DNA from: Candidatus Woesebacteria bacterium
GTDB lineage: Bacteria > Patescibacteriota > Microgenomatia > UBA8517
Assembly: GCA_013374835.1 (NCBI GenBank)
Contig: CP055307.1
Coordinates: forward strand, 813,304 to 877,303
Length of the DNA stretch: 64,000 nucleotides
Direction of reading: 5' to 3'
Position numbers and translations under genes: made by a program. Numbering within the stretch: the first letter of the stretch is position 1; every line of letters begins with the position of its first letter. The notes under the pieces were generated by a model. It did not search any database, had not been told where the DNA came from, and was given only the letters and a program-made list of their open reading frames with translations. Shown here one piece after another: positions 8,785 to 18,689 of this stretch.

Positions 8785-9093
8785 ATGGAGTTACCTTTGT
8801 TAAAATTAATTATGGATGAAACAAAAAAGCTTCTGGTTTTGAAAAAAGATGGATCAAGTGAAGTTTTTAACCCCGATAAAATTGCTAAAGTTGCACATGC
8901 GGCTGGATTAAGCGAAGATGAAGCCCTTGATATCTCCGAAAAGATAACCAATAAATTGATGAAAGAAAACGCAAATAAAATAACAAGCCTCAGAATTAGA
9001 AACATGGTGGCTTTCGAGCTTAAAAAAAGAGATAAATACGCCCATGACCTTTATATTTGGTACGAAAAGACAAAAGACAAAAATGGCCGCTAA
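8785..9093 (+). CDS. stand-alone ATP-cone domain protein
   Basis: KKDGSSEVFNPDKIAKVAHAAGLSEDEALDISEKITNKL...ITSLRIRNMVAFEL matches the ATP-cone fold. There is no NrdR zinc ribbon and no RNR catalytic domain. Confidence 0.5.
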   Translation: MELPLLKLIMDETKKLLVLKKDGSSEVFNPDKIAKVAHAAGLSEDEALDISEKITNKLMKENANKITSLRIRNMVAFELKKRDKYAHDLYIWYEKTKDKNGR

Positions 9094-9400
9094 ATACAAG
9101 GAATACTTCCAGTTGATGCTTAAAAACCACAAAGAAGACTTTGAAAAATTTCGTGATATTCATGACAGATACTCTTTAAACCAGCACGAGCTCCAAAAAG
9201 AGTTTAACGAAGTGGGATCAAAAATTGTTCGTATCGTAAGAAACTGGGAAGACAAGCTTTGTAATAGATCCGAAGGGAGCGGATATGGAAAGTTTAGCAG
9301 CGCTTTATCCGAAAAATTCAATGAGGAGGTAAGGCGCGAGTTTCCGATGTTTGATTCAATAGGCTTGGCTATTTTTGAGATTAAAAAAATTAATCTTTAA
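9044..9400 (+). CDS. hypothetical protein (likely real start at the internal Met near 9083)
   Basis: Long ORF with no same-strand alternative. Overlaps the 3' end of the ATP-cone gene in another frame. Confidence 0.35.
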   Translation: MTFIFGTKRQKTKMAAKYKEYFQLMLKNHKEDFEKFRDIHDRYSLNQHELQKEFNEVGSKIVRIVRNWEDKLCNRSEGSGYGKFSSALSEKFNEEVRREFPMFDSIGLAIFEIKKINL

Positions 9401-9869
9401 GGGATGATTCGTATTTTCTTAGCGCTTCGAGCTGTTCTTTTTCCAAGTGGATTTCAGGTCGTGCCTTTTTTACTCTTTCTACCGCTCTTTTAACGCTACT
9501 GCCTTTTGAAATAAGATAAGCCGATACTAAAGTAGGAGATCTGCCATGGCCGTAAAGACAGTGAACAAAAACTTTGATATTGCTTTTGACTAACGAGTCT
9601 AAAAATGCCACACCCGCTGATAGCTGACTTTGGCTTGGAGCTTTTCTGTCCGGTACTTTAAGCCAAAGAAAGTGTAAAAGATCGGGAACGCCCATCCGAC
9701 GCTTGTCGTCAAGATCAATTTCTGCTTCTACTCCAAGCTTTTTGAGAAAATCATTATAGCTGTGCTCCTCACAGCAGAGGTTTGAACCTAAAAAAATTTG
9801 GTCTGTGATTTGACTAAAATCGTATTCTTGTTTGTGATCTTGAGGCATAATTAAAACTTTATTTCCCAA
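9390..9869 (-). CDS. dual-specificity/tyrosine protein phosphatase (CX5R)
   Basis: VHCLYGHGRSPT is the HCxxGxxR(S/T) P-loop of the PTP/DSP superfamily. Confidence 0.7.
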   Translation of the reverse strand: MGNKVLIMPQDHKQEYDFSQITDQIFLGSNLCCEEHSYNDFLKKLGVEAEIDLDDKRRMGVPDLLHFLWLKVPDRKAPSQSQLSAGVAFLDSLVKSNIKVFVHCLYGHGRSPTLVSAYLISKGSSVKRAVERVKKARPEIHLEKEQLEALRKYESSLKD

Positions 9870-10270
9870 TCAAGACTCGGGATTCTTAAGGTTTCTTCGC
9901 GGAAGTTGACAATATCGAGTTCTTTTTCCATTTTTTGTATACGCTCTTTTATCTTTAGAATTTCTTCGTCTTTAGAGTATGGTGATAGGTTTTTGATCTC
10001 GGGCTGAATTGGCACCGTAGGAAGCGGAGATGGAGTTTGCTCTAGGTTATTGCTTTTAATCATTCTGAAAGCAAAGGCTGCTATAAATACTATAAAAATT
10101 AGAAGTACCAAAAAAGCTGCAAGTTTTATCAATTTATTTTTAAAATCTAAATTTGTAATTTCTTGTAAAATTAAATTAATTTTTTGTTTAATAGAATTTT
10201 TTTTATCCACCTTGCTCACGTCGATAGGAGTATCTATCTCATTATTTATTTCACTATTATTGTTATCCAT
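9851..10270 (-). CDS. hypothetical single-pass membrane protein
   Basis: Central TM helix (LAAFLVLLIFIVFIAAFAF). Overlaps neighbours as in an operon. Confidence 0.45.
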   Translation of the reverse strand: MDNNNSEINNEIDTPIDVSKVDKKNSIKQKINLILQEITNLDFKNKLIKLAAFLVLLIFIVFIAAFAFRMIKSNNLEQTPSPLPTVPIQPEIKNLSPYSKDEEILKIKERIQKMEKELDIVNFREETLRIPSLDWEIKF

Positions 10271-10273
10271 AAT

Positions 10274-11089
10274 TTAGGTCTCTTCAAATTCTTTGACAAT
10301 TTCTTTCATAAACTGGTTTGCTTCCCTTAAAAATTGGTTTGATTCTTGAAGAAGGCTGATTGTATTATTGTAAACTTTTTCTAAATCCTTGTCTTTGATA
10401 CTACCGGACTGTATCGACGCAATATTGGTCTGAGCGGCTACTTCTTTGTCTATACTTCTTGTTAGCTTGTTTTCTGTTTCTATGATCCATCTTTCTATTT
10501 TTGTGGTATCGTGATCACCTTTTTGACGAACTTTTTCGGTTTTATTTTTGATATCCTCCAGGATGGAGCTTGTTTCGGTCTTAAATATTTCCACCTTTCC
10601 GACGGGTACAACAAGAAGGACTTCGTAAATTAAAGGTTTAGTTAAAAAAAAATGCTCTGCAGCCTCAAGCGAATCTTCTGAAAGATCAGTAAGTGTTCCA
10701 GCAGAGGGAATCTGGCTTTTGTGATTTTTAAACCAGGCCACTTCGCTATCTATTCGTGTAAAAAGCCCTTGTTTTTCGGCATCCGTAATCCCATCCGATT
10801 CGGAAAGAAGCATTCTTAATGTAGTAAGATATGTTATTACCACGTCGTCTCTTTTTTCAAGCATTATTGCCGTTGCGTCTCTGGCTTTTGTTTGAGATGC
10901 AAGAGTTTTTGCCTGATTATACTGAGTTTTGGCAAGAAGATAATCAGAGTGTGCCTTTTTATAAAGCTCGAAGGTATAAACATAATCTTTGTAGGCTTTT
11001 TGATAATCAAAATCTTCTTGGGAAAAAGTGACGTGGACCGAGAAGAAAAATAGTATAAAAAATAAAAGAATCCCCAAGAGTCTTTTCAT
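10274..11089 (-). CDS. hypothetical secreted protein
   Basis: N-terminal signal peptide (LLGILLFFILFFFSVHVTFS). Helical, charged remainder. Confidence 0.5.
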   Translation of the reverse strand: MKRLLGILLFFILFFFSVHVTFSQEDFDYQKAYKDYVYTFELYKKAHSDYLLAKTQYNQAKTLASQTKARDATAIMLEKRDDVVITYLTTLRMLLSESDGITDAEKQGLFTRIDSEVAWFKNHKSQIPSAGTLTDLSEDSLEAAEHFFLTKPLIYEVLLVVPVGKVEIFKTETSSILEDIKNKTEKVRQKGDHDTTKIERWIIETENKLTRSIDKEVAAQTNIASIQSGSIKDKDLEKVYNNTISLLQESNQFLREANQFMKEIVKEFEET

Positions 11090-11113
11090 AGAATTTATTG
11101 TAGCAAAAAATGC

Positions 11114-12460
11114 TTAACAGATTCTATATAAAGGATCACTAAGAATAATCCTTATTCTGTTTAATTGTTTCCTCATTTTTTTAAACCCGGTAGATTCATT
11201 TTGTCTTATTCTTTCTCTTGTTACTCCAAAAATTTTTGCAATTTCTTCGAGTGTAAGACCTTCTCTTTCATAAATTTTCCTGAATAAATTTATATCTACC
11301 TCATCCAATTCGTTTGGATTGCTTGGTAACGGGATATCAAGATTAAGGTCTGAAATATACTGAAGGTATTCTTTATCGTTACTAAAAGATACATCTTCCC
11401 CAATTAAAGAGCCACTTCGCAGCAAAAGTACTGCAATTTCTCTTTTGCTAAAATCGTATTTTGTTTTTCTAGCTTGATTTTCATTTTTTGCAAGAGTCAG
11501 TAAATATTCTCTTATACTGCGACGGAAATCTTTATGTGATATTTCATAGTCTATATTAGAGTTCGTATCCCTTACGGTCTCGCCAAGAGTTATGTCATTA
11601 TTATCTTTGCCATTTATTTCTAATGGCTTATCAAGAGATGTCGGTTTTTGAACAGATTCGCGTATAAATCTAATTGTATTTACACTAATACCTAAATCTT
11701 CGGCTATTTCTTCATCGGTTATGTTTGTGCTTCCTAAATGCTGGAATAGCTTTTCCTCAGAACGTCTAATGCGAAAATAAAGATGAGTTATATCTTCAGG
11801 GAATTTTATTAGCCGACCGTTGCTTTTGATATAGCGAAGTATTGCTTGCCTCACCCAAATAGAAGCATATGTAGAAAATCTTTTACCAAGAGTGTGGTCA
11901 TACTTTTGTACGGCTTTTATTAAACCAATTGTTCCTTCCTGAACAAGATCTTCGAGCGGTATATTTAATCTGTTGTTTTCGTATTTGCGTGCAACAAAGA
12001 GCACAAGCCCCAAATTGGCTTCAATCATAATTTGTGCAGCTTTTTCGGATGTTTCGGGATCGAACGCAGTGGAATTTATCATCTTTGAAAGAAATATTTC
12101 TTCAGGATGTGTAAGAAGGCGTACGTTCCTGTGTTTTTTTGAATACCGGCTTATAATAAATTCTTCAAAATATTCGTCCGTTAATATGGAATCTTTTGAA
12201 CCTGTTGCTATCTTGTGATTTTCAGACGACCAATAATTTTCATCAAAAACTGCTATCGCTGCAAGTATTGCCAATACCCTTTGGTGCGTATTTTCATCGG
12301 TTATTCCCAATTCCGAAAGGTGCACTTGAGATATGGCAACAGGCTCTTTACCGAATTCGTGAAGCAAAGGGGCATAACCATAGAGTTCACGAATTCTGAT
12401 TGATACTTTGAAATATTTATCCTGTTCTAAATTTTTGGGTATATTAAATTCTACAGTCAT
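11114..12460 (-). CDS. rpoD: RNA polymerase sigma-70 family factor (RpoD-like)
   Basis: Region 2 DLVQEGTIGLIKAVQKYD...FSTYASIWVRQAI and region 4 LTLEEIAKIFGVTRERIRQ. Confidence 0.85.
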   Translation of the reverse strand: MTVEFNIPKNLEQDKYFKVSIRIRELYGYAPLLHEFGKEPVAISQVHLSELGITDENTHQRVLAILAAIAVFDENYWSSENHKIATGSKDSILTDEYFEEFIISRYSKKHRNVRLLTHPEEIFLSKMINSTAFDPETSEKAAQIMIEANLGLVLFVARKYENNRLNIPLEDLVQEGTIGLIKAVQKYDHTLGKRFSTYASIWVRQAILRYIKSNGRLIKFPEDITHLYFRIRRSEEKLFQHLGSTNITDEEIAEDLGISVNTIRFIRESVQKPTSLDKPLEINGKDNNDITLGETVRDTNSNIDYEISHKDFRRSIREYLLTLAKNENQARKTKYDFSKREIAVLLLRSGSLIGEDVSFSNDKEYLQYISDLNLDIPLPSNPNELDEVDINLFRKIYEREGLTLEEIAKIFGVTRERIRQNESTGFKKMRKQLNRIRIILSDPLYRIC

Positions 12461-12515
12461 ATTGAGGCGGAATATAACAGCTTTTCAGAGTGTTTGTCAA
12501 TTTTTAACCCGTAGT

Positions 12516-13166
12516 TCAGCCAAGAGCTGTTAGTGTTTCTATCGAAATATCTGTAAAATCGTCAACAACAAAATCTGCTCCCTCAAGGCTTTCGAACCCC
12601 TCGTGATTCGCGATCCCAATTGCTTTCATACCCGCTCTCTTTGCCGCCATTATCCCGGCGTTTGCATCTTCAAAAACCACGCATTCTTCAGGGATAACTT
12701 CGAGTTTTTTTGCTGTTAACAAAAATATATCCGGCGCCGGTTTTGAATTCTCAACTTCTTCGATTGTGGTAAAAATGTTGAAGAATTTTCTGAGTTTAAA
12801 TCTCCTGTTAACGATTTCTAAAACGTGTTTATCGTTTGATGTAGCAAGCGCTTTTTTTAAATTGTGCCTTGCCAGCTCCACAGCGAATTTTTCAAAACCT
12901 TTTTTAAATGTTACTCTATCTATAAGGCTTAAATACTTTGACTGTGTTTTATTTATCAAATCTTTGATTGAAAGGTCTGTTTTTATATCGTATTTTTTAA
13001 TAAATTTGAGCCAATTTGCCTGAAGTCCCACTCCTGATGTTTGAGGATGGGGATCTTTTGTCTCTATCCCCAATTCGGACAAGACTTGATTAAACGCCTC
13101 TGCGTAAACCGACTCGTTTGACAGGATTGTGCCATCCAAATCAAAAATTGCAGCCTTTATTTTCAT
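12516..13166 (-). CDS. HAD-superfamily hydrolase (beta-phosphoglucomutase-like)
   Basis: N-terminal DxD motif AAIFDLDGTI. C-terminal GDxxxD-like motif (FEDANAGIMAAKRAG). Confidence 0.8.
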   Translation of the reverse strand: MKIKAAIFDLDGTILSNESVYAEAFNQVLSELGIETKDPHPQTSGVGLQANWLKFIKKYDIKTDLSIKDLINKTQSKYLSLIDRVTFKKGFEKFAVELARHNLKKALATSNDKHVLEIVNRRFKLRKFFNIFTTIEEVENSKPAPDIFLLTAKKLEVIPEECVVFEDANAGIMAAKRAGMKAIGIANHEGFESLEGADFVVDDFTDISIETLTALG

Positions 13167-13170
13167 AAAC

Positions 13171-14616
13171 TTATGCTTTTAATATACGCGAGCCCTCTCT
13201 TGTGTCGATAATTTTATAACCTTTAAGCTCTATTTCTTTTCTTAGTTTATCTGCATTTAGATAGTCACCTTTTTTTCTAAATTCATCTCTTTGTGCATTA
13301 AGACTTAATATTTTTTGAGGAATTTCAGCCCCGGCGCTACTTATTTCAGCTATTTTAAGACCCAAAACTTCGTCAAAAAGATACATCAAATCCAGCTTAT
13401 CCGAGCTTGGAATATTGCTTTTTACAACCGCCCAGAGGACAGCCAACGCCTTTGGTGCATTGAGGTTGTCATTTATGCTACTTATAAAATCTTGCCTGAA
13501 AGAATCTATTTTTTGCATTTTTTCTTCGGAAAGAGTTTTTCTTTCACTTTCGTTTTCATTTTTTATTTCTCTTGCAATAGAGTATAAATTAGAAAGTGTG
13601 TTTTGTGCTGATTCGAGTGCTTCCCAAGTGAAATTTAGCGGATCTTGATAGTGTGCGTTTAAGTATAAATATCTAAGAGCAATCGGGTTTATTTTTTTCT
13701 TTTCAACATCCGAAACCGTATAAAAATTACCAAGACTTTTGCTCATTTTTTTACCTTCGACCAGAAGAAAGCGCACGTGAAGCCAATATTTTACAAACAG
13801 CTTCCCTGTCGCACCTTCCGATTGAGCAATTTCATTCGGATGATGAATTTGTTTTAGATCTTCTCCGCCTGCGTGAATATCAAAGGATTCTCCCAAGTAT
13901 TTCATGCTCATGGCCGAGCACTCGAGATGCCAACCAGGAAAACCTATTCCCCAAGGACTTTCCCATTCCATATGCCGCTCGCCGGGATTATTGCTAAGTT
14001 TCCACAAGGCAAAATCTCTGGGGTCTTTTTTCTGGAGATTTTTTGAAACGCGCGCGCCTTCTTTTATTTCGTCAAGATCGCTTAACTGTCCGTATTTTTT
14101 GCCTGTTGCTTCTTCAAATTTTTTTATATCGAAATAGATCCCGTCGTCGATTCTGTAGGTTAAGCCTTTTGATTCGAGATTTTTAATCAGTTCAACCTGC
14201 TCTTTAATATGATCAGTGGCCCTTGCAAAAAGCGTTGGCTGCGAAAGATTTAATTTTTTAAAATCGCTTAAAAATGCCTTGGAATAAAAATCAGCAATTT
14301 GCCACGCTGTTTTACCTTCTCTTTTTGCTCCTTTTTCCATTCTATCCTCACCAGTATCCGCATCTCCCTGATTATCGCCAGTAAGATGGCCTACATCAGT
14401 AAGGTTCATAACGTATTTAACCTTGTAGCCATTGAATCTAAGTGTCCTATAAAGAACATCTGCAACTGTATATGTTCTAAAGTTGCCGATTGAGGCATAA
14501 TCATAAACCGTCGGGCCGCAAGTGTACATTTTTACTTCGTCAGAATTAAGAGGCGTGAACTCTTCAACTTTTCTGGTAAGCGAATTGTAAATTTTAAGCA
14601 TATTAAGATTATACAA
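13171..14616 (-). CDS. cysS: cysteinyl-tRNA synthetase
   Basis: MYTCGPTVYDYASIGNFR with HIGH-region equivalent, and KMSKSLGN. Confidence 0.9.
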   Translation of the reverse strand: MYNLNMLKIYNSLTRKVEEFTPLNSDEVKMYTCGPTVYDYASIGNFRTYTVADVLYRTLRFNGYKVKYVMNLTDVGHLTGDNQGDADTGEDRMEKGAKREGKTAWQIADFYSKAFLSDFKKLNLSQPTLFARATDHIKEQVELIKNLESKGLTYRIDDGIYFDIKKFEEATGKKYGQLSDLDEIKEGARVSKNLQKKDPRDFALWKLSNNPGERHMEWESPWGIGFPGWHLECSAMSMKYLGESFDIHAGGEDLKQIHHPNEIAQSEGATGKLFVKYWLHVRFLLVEGKKMSKSLGNFYTVSDVEKKKINPIALRYLYLNAHYQDPLNFTWEALESAQNTLSNLYSIAREIKNENESERKTLSEEKMQKIDSFRQDFISSINDNLNAPKALAVLWAVVKSNIPSSDKLDLMYLFDEVLGLKIAEISSAGAEIPQKILSLNAQRDEFRKKGDYLNADKLRKEIELKGYKIIDTREGSRILKA

Positions 14617-14627
14617 CTTATATGTTT

Positions 14628-15062
14628 TTAATTTTTTGCGCCACGGCCGGTTTCGCGAAATGCCATTTTTTGCATTATTTTTGCCTTAATGCCTTTTGCA
14701 GAAGGAAATCCTCTCTTAGGTTTACTTTCAGGTACTATTAATCCTTTCTCTTCCTCATCATCTTTTCCAATTAACTCTTCCTGCTTCTGAGACCATTCCT
14801 TATATTCTTTTTGCCTTTTTTCGAAAAGCAATTTTTCTTCGTCTTGAATTTCTCTCAAGCGCTTTCGCCAGAACGCAAGCAATTCTTCTTCCTTTTTTTT
14901 AAGATCTTCTTTTTTAAGCCTAGCTGTTTCTTGCTTGGCAAATAAGGGCGGATTTATTGCTCTTTCGGATGACAATCCCGCTTGATTTAATGCGGATTTT
15001 AAGAATTCTCTTGATTCGTCTTTTGCAAATTTTAATAGCTTTTGCTTTGGTTTTTGATTCAT
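14628..15062 (-). CDS. hypothetical charged (Lys/Glu-rich) protein
   Basis: Clean ORF filling the gap between recR and cysS with a 3-nt overlap with recR. Confidence 0.45.
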   Translation of the reverse strand: MNQKPKQKLLKFAKDESREFLKSALNQAGLSSERAINPPLFAKQETARLKKEDLKKKEEELLAFWRKRLREIQDEEKLLFEKRQKEYKEWSQKQEELIGKDDEEEKGLIVPESKPKRGFPSAKGIKAKIMQKMAFRETGRGAKN

Positions 15063-15673
15063 AGCGCTTTTCTGCCCTCGAATGATTCTATTAATGTTGA
15101 TTCGTCTGCAAATTCGAGAGAGGCACCTGTCGGAATACCTACTCCAAGGCGGCTTATAATTAATCCCTTACCGTTTGAGGATTTAAGATTTTTTATTCTT
15201 TTGACAAGATACATCGAAGTTGCCTCGCCTTCCATTGTGGGATTTGTGGCGATTATTACTTCTTTTACCCTTGGGCTTTTGACTCGTGATATTAGGTCTT
15301 CAATATAAAGCTCATCAGGCCCTATATTTTCAAGAGGATTTATTGATCCGTGGAGCACGTGATATACGCCTTTATATTTTCCTGTCTTTTCAAAAGCCAA
15401 GATATCAAGCGGCTGTTCAACTATAAGAATTTGTGATTTATCTCTTGATTGATCTTTACACACAGGGCACGGATCTACCTCCGAAACGTTTTTACAAATA
15501 CTGCAAAGCACTGTGTGCCTTTTAAGGTTTGCGAGAGCTTCCGAGAAACTATCAAGCTCTTCTTGGGGTACATGCAGAAGATAAAAGCTTAAGCGCTGTG
15601 CGGTCTTGGGGCCAATACCAGGAAGCTTTTCAAAAGACTCTATTAAATTTTTTAATGGTTTTGCTATTTTCAT
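15059..15673 (-). CDS. recR: recombination protein RecR
   Basis: HhH, then C4 zinc finger CSICKNVSEVDPCPVC, then Toprim domain. Confidence 0.9.
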   Translation of the reverse strand: MKIAKPLKNLIESFEKLPGIGPKTAQRLSFYLLHVPQEELDSFSEALANLKRHTVLCSICKNVSEVDPCPVCKDQSRDKSQILIVEQPLDILAFEKTGKYKGVYHVLHGSINPLENIGPDELYIEDLISRVKSPRVKEVIIATNPTMEGEATSMYLVKRIKNLKSSNGKGLIISRLGVGIPTGASLEFADESTLIESFEGRKAL

Positions 15674-15712
15674 GTCTATGGTAATTTTAGCAAAGAAGTT
15701 AAGAAGTAGATA

Positions 15713-15997
15713 TTATTTTAATCCACCAAGAAGACCACTTAGGCCGCCGCCCATTTCCATCATTTTTTGGGCTGCTTTTTTTTGTACTTTTTTGAAAGCT
15801 TCGTTTACAACCTTTTCGATGTCTTCGCGTCTTTCTTCGCCGTCTTTGATATAAATTACTTTTTGATCAGCCGACACTTTGACGACGATATTATCTTTTT
15901 CAACCGTTTCGGTCACTTCAGCAAGCTCGCTTTGAAGCTTTTTAGCTTGCTTTCGCATTTCCAAAAGTTCTTTTCCTTTTTGAATTTTGTCAAACAT
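15713..15997 (-). CDS. ybaB: nucleoid-associated protein YbaB/EbfC
   Basis: Size, coiled-coil character and C-terminal GLLGGL, in the conserved dnaX-ybaB-recR order. Confidence 0.85.
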   Translation of the reverse strand: MFDKIQKGKELLEMRKQAKKLQSELAEVTETVEKDNIVVKVSADQKVIYIKDGEERREDIEKVVNEAFKKVQKKAAQKMMEMGGGLSGLLGGLK

Positions 15998-15999
15998 AT

Positions 16000-17451
16000 T
16001 TAATTTCCGAAAATTTCCTTAGCTGCTTGAATTATATCTTCATCCTGTCCTTGAGTCAAAGGTATTTCTTTTTTGACAGGTAATGGCTTTTTTCTCTCTG
16101 TAAGCTTAAGACTTACTTTTATTTTTTCACCTGTCACTTCTTCAAGGATTTTTTCAAGCATCGATTTATTTTTTTGCTCCTCAAGCTGCTCTTTATGAAA
16201 TCTATAGTAAACACCTATTGTCAGATTTGAACCGTTATAACTCAAGGGCTCTGTTGCGCGAAGAAGGGCTTCTATTGTCGTATTTTTTCCTCTGATCTCA
16301 GAAAGAAAGCGAAACCAGAGCTTTTCGTCAAACGCGTTAAAAACAAGCGGTTCAGGTGTGATCTTTTTTGTTTTTTTTAATTTTTTTTTAACAATAACTG
16401 GCTCTTTTTTCTTTAAACACCATTTGCAGGCTGCGATCTCAAGAGGCAAATAAGGAATCGGAGAGAAAGAAAAATCTTTAGATGAAGAAATCAAAAGTTT
16501 AATAAGGCTTATTATTTCTTTTTTGGAAAAGCCATAATCCGTGTAATTAACAACGCCTTCTTTTGAAAGAAGTGCTTTTCTGAGCTCTTCAACAAGAGCT
16601 TCGATGAACCGATTGGGGTTAACGTTCTCATCCGACATTTTTTGAAGCAGATTTAAGATTTTTAGATTATCTTTTTGATAAAGCAGCTTTATAAAAATTT
16701 CTACATTTACCTCTTCCACCTCCAAAAGATATTTTTTTGCTTCTTTGAACTTAATTGAGTTTTTAACAATCAGGCTTTCAAGAATCTTTGCGGCATCCCG
16801 GAAGGAGCCGTCCGAAACTTTGGCTATCAAAGAAACCACGCCGTCTTCAACATCTAGCTTTTCACCTTTAATTATTCTTGTAAGCTGCCTATTAATCTCC
16901 GCTTCGTTTGCTTTTTTAAAGGGAACCAGTATTAAACGAGATCTTACTGTAGCAGGAAGCTTTTCCGGCTCAGTAGTGGCTAGGATAAATACTACGTGAC
17001 TTGGCGGCTCTTCAAGAGTTTTGAGAAATGCGTTTGCGGCTTCTATTGTAAGCATGTGCGCTTCATCTATGATGTAAATTTTTTTCCTTGAATTTACTGG
17101 CGAAAGGGCTATGCTTTCTTTGAGGGATCTAATATCATCTATGCCGCGATTACTTGCCGCATCAAGCTCGATAACATCCATACTTTGACCTTTTTCTATG
17201 GCTTTACATTGAGCGCATTTGTTGCAAGGTTCAGAAAGCTTGTCTTTGTTTTTCTCGCAGTTAATTGCCTTTGCCAGAATCCTTGCTGCTGAAGTTTTGC
17301 CGGTACCTTTAGGACCTGCAAACAAAAAGCCATGTGGCAGAGATTTTGCTTCGATTATCTTTTTGAGTGAAACCCTTACACTTTCTAGGTCCAGTTCATC
17401 TATTTTCTGAGGCCTGTATTTAAGATAAAGCGTCATAGGATCAATAAACAA
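16000..17451 (-). CDS. dnaX: DNA polymerase III subunit gamma/tau
   Basis: Walker A GPKGTGKTS and Zn module CNKCAQCKAI of the AAA+ clamp loader. Confidence 0.85.
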   Translation of the reverse strand: MFIDPMTLYLKYRPQKIDELDLESVRVSLKKIIEAKSLPHGFLFAGPKGTGKTSAARILAKAINCEKNKDKLSEPCNKCAQCKAIEKGQSMDVIELDAASNRGIDDIRSLKESIALSPVNSRKKIYIIDEAHMLTIEAANAFLKTLEEPPSHVVFILATTEPEKLPATVRSRLILVPFKKANEAEINRQLTRIIKGEKLDVEDGVVSLIAKVSDGSFRDAAKILESLIVKNSIKFKEAKKYLLEVEEVNVEIFIKLLYQKDNLKILNLLQKMSDENVNPNRFIEALVEELRKALLSKEGVVNYTDYGFSKKEIISLIKLLISSSKDFSFSPIPYLPLEIAACKWCLKKKEPVIVKKKLKKTKKITPEPLVFNAFDEKLWFRFLSEIRGKNTTIEALLRATEPLSYNGSNLTIGVYYRFHKEQLEEQKNKSMLEKILEEVTGEKIKVSLKLTERKKPLPVKKEIPLTQGQDEDIIQAAKEIFGN

Positions 17452-17486
17452 TTTACTAGTTTTGAATGATTATTAAAAGAGGTATT

Positions 17487-17885
17487 TTAATCGTGGTGAA
17501 TGCCAATGAGGTGAAGTGAGCCGTGTTCTACGAGTGATAAAACAGAATCTTCAATTAACATTTTTTCTTTTTCGGCAATTTCAACCGCTTTCTCAAAAGA
17601 AACAACAATTTCTCCCAAGTAAATTTTTTTTTCAGGCGGAAAAACAAAATGCTTTTTTATCTCAGCATTCGGGAACGAAAGCACAGGATGGCTGTCGGCC
17701 AAAGAATCCTTTTCTTTAAGATATTGTTTTGCCATTTTTACTACTTTGGTGTGAGAAAGTAACGCTACGGAAGCTTCCGAATCCGAGACTATTCCGTTTT
17801 CAACCAGCGTTTTTTTGACTGCATCTTTAATCTTTTTGGCGCTAACAGGATATTGTTTATCTTTGAATACTGTAATTTTAATCAT
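17487..17885 (-). CDS. ybeY: rRNA maturation endoribonuclease YbeY
   Basis: C-terminal HGSLHLIGIHHD, the H3xH5xH metal-binding motif. Confidence 0.8.
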   Translation of the reverse strand: MIKITVFKDKQYPVSAKKIKDAVKKTLVENGIVSDSEASVALLSHTKVVKMAKQYLKEKDSLADSHPVLSFPNAEIKKHFVFPPEKKIYLGEIVVSFEKAVEIAEKEKMLIEDSVLSLVEHGSLHLIGIHHD

Positions 17886-18325
17886 TTCTGAAGCAATTTT
17901 TTAAGACGCTCGGCAATTCTTTCTGGTCTTGCTCTGCTTTTAAGTTTTGGCACTAAAACACCCATAATTTGTCCCATTTGAGACATATCTGCCTTTGGAA
18001 AATTAACAAGTTCTTTTTGAATTTGTCTATCGAGATCTTCATCCGAAATTTCAGGAGGAAAAAATTCTTTTAATACAGAGAGTTCTTTCTGTTCTTTTTC
18101 GAAAAGATCTATGCGTGAGGCTTTCTTATATGCATCCATTGCTTCAACTCTCTTTTTGGCTTCTTTTCTCACGACAGCAATCTCTTCTTCCTCGCTTAGA
18201 CTTCTACCTTTTTCAATTCTTTCGTAATTAAGAGCAGAAGAAAGCATTCTTAGTGTTGACAGGCGCACTTGATCCTTGGATTTCAGGGCGTTGGCAATTT
18301 TTTCTACTAGAGAATCAGTAATCAT
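17882..18325 (-). CDS. GatB/YqeY domain protein
   Basis: Full-length similarity to the YqeY family (LSTLRMLSSALNYERIEKG...). Confidence 0.7.
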   Translation of the reverse strand: MITDSLVEKIANALKSKDQVRLSTLRMLSSALNYERIEKGRSLSEEEEIAVVRKEAKKRVEAMDAYKKASRIDLFEKEQKELSVLKEFFPPEISDEDLDRQIQKELVNFPKADMSQMGQIMGVLVPKLKSRARPERIAERLKKLLQK

Positions 18326-18645
18326 ACTTTCCTTTCTTTTGTAATCCCTGCCAAAAAATGTATATGCATATGCTTAACCAAAGCCGCATTACCGATATTT
18401 GTAGCTAGACGAAAACCATCTAAACCCATTTTTTTGTAAAACGATATGGCAATTTGCCTTGCTTTTTCCCACGTCAAGCCATCTGTATCCGATATGTCTT
18501 TTATATGTTTTTTGGGCACTATCAAAAAATGTATGGGTGCGCTTGGATTGATATCTTTAAAAACAACAAAATCATCGTCCTCGTATTCAAAATCTACAGG
18601 GATTTTCTTATTTACAATCTTACAAAAGATACAATCCTCTTTCAT
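18322..18645 (-). CDS. HIT-family nucleotide hydrolase
   Basis: Histidine triad HMHIHFLAG. Confidence 0.8.
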   Translation of the reverse strand: MKEDCIFCKIVNKKIPVDFEYEDDDFVVFKDINPSAPIHFLIVPKKHIKDISDTDGLTWEKARQIAISFYKKMGLDGFRLATNIGNAALVKHMHIHFLAGITKERKV

Positions 18646-18689
18646 TCTGAAAGCAGTATACTTTTTCGGGGCTAAATAGGCAAGACGCT

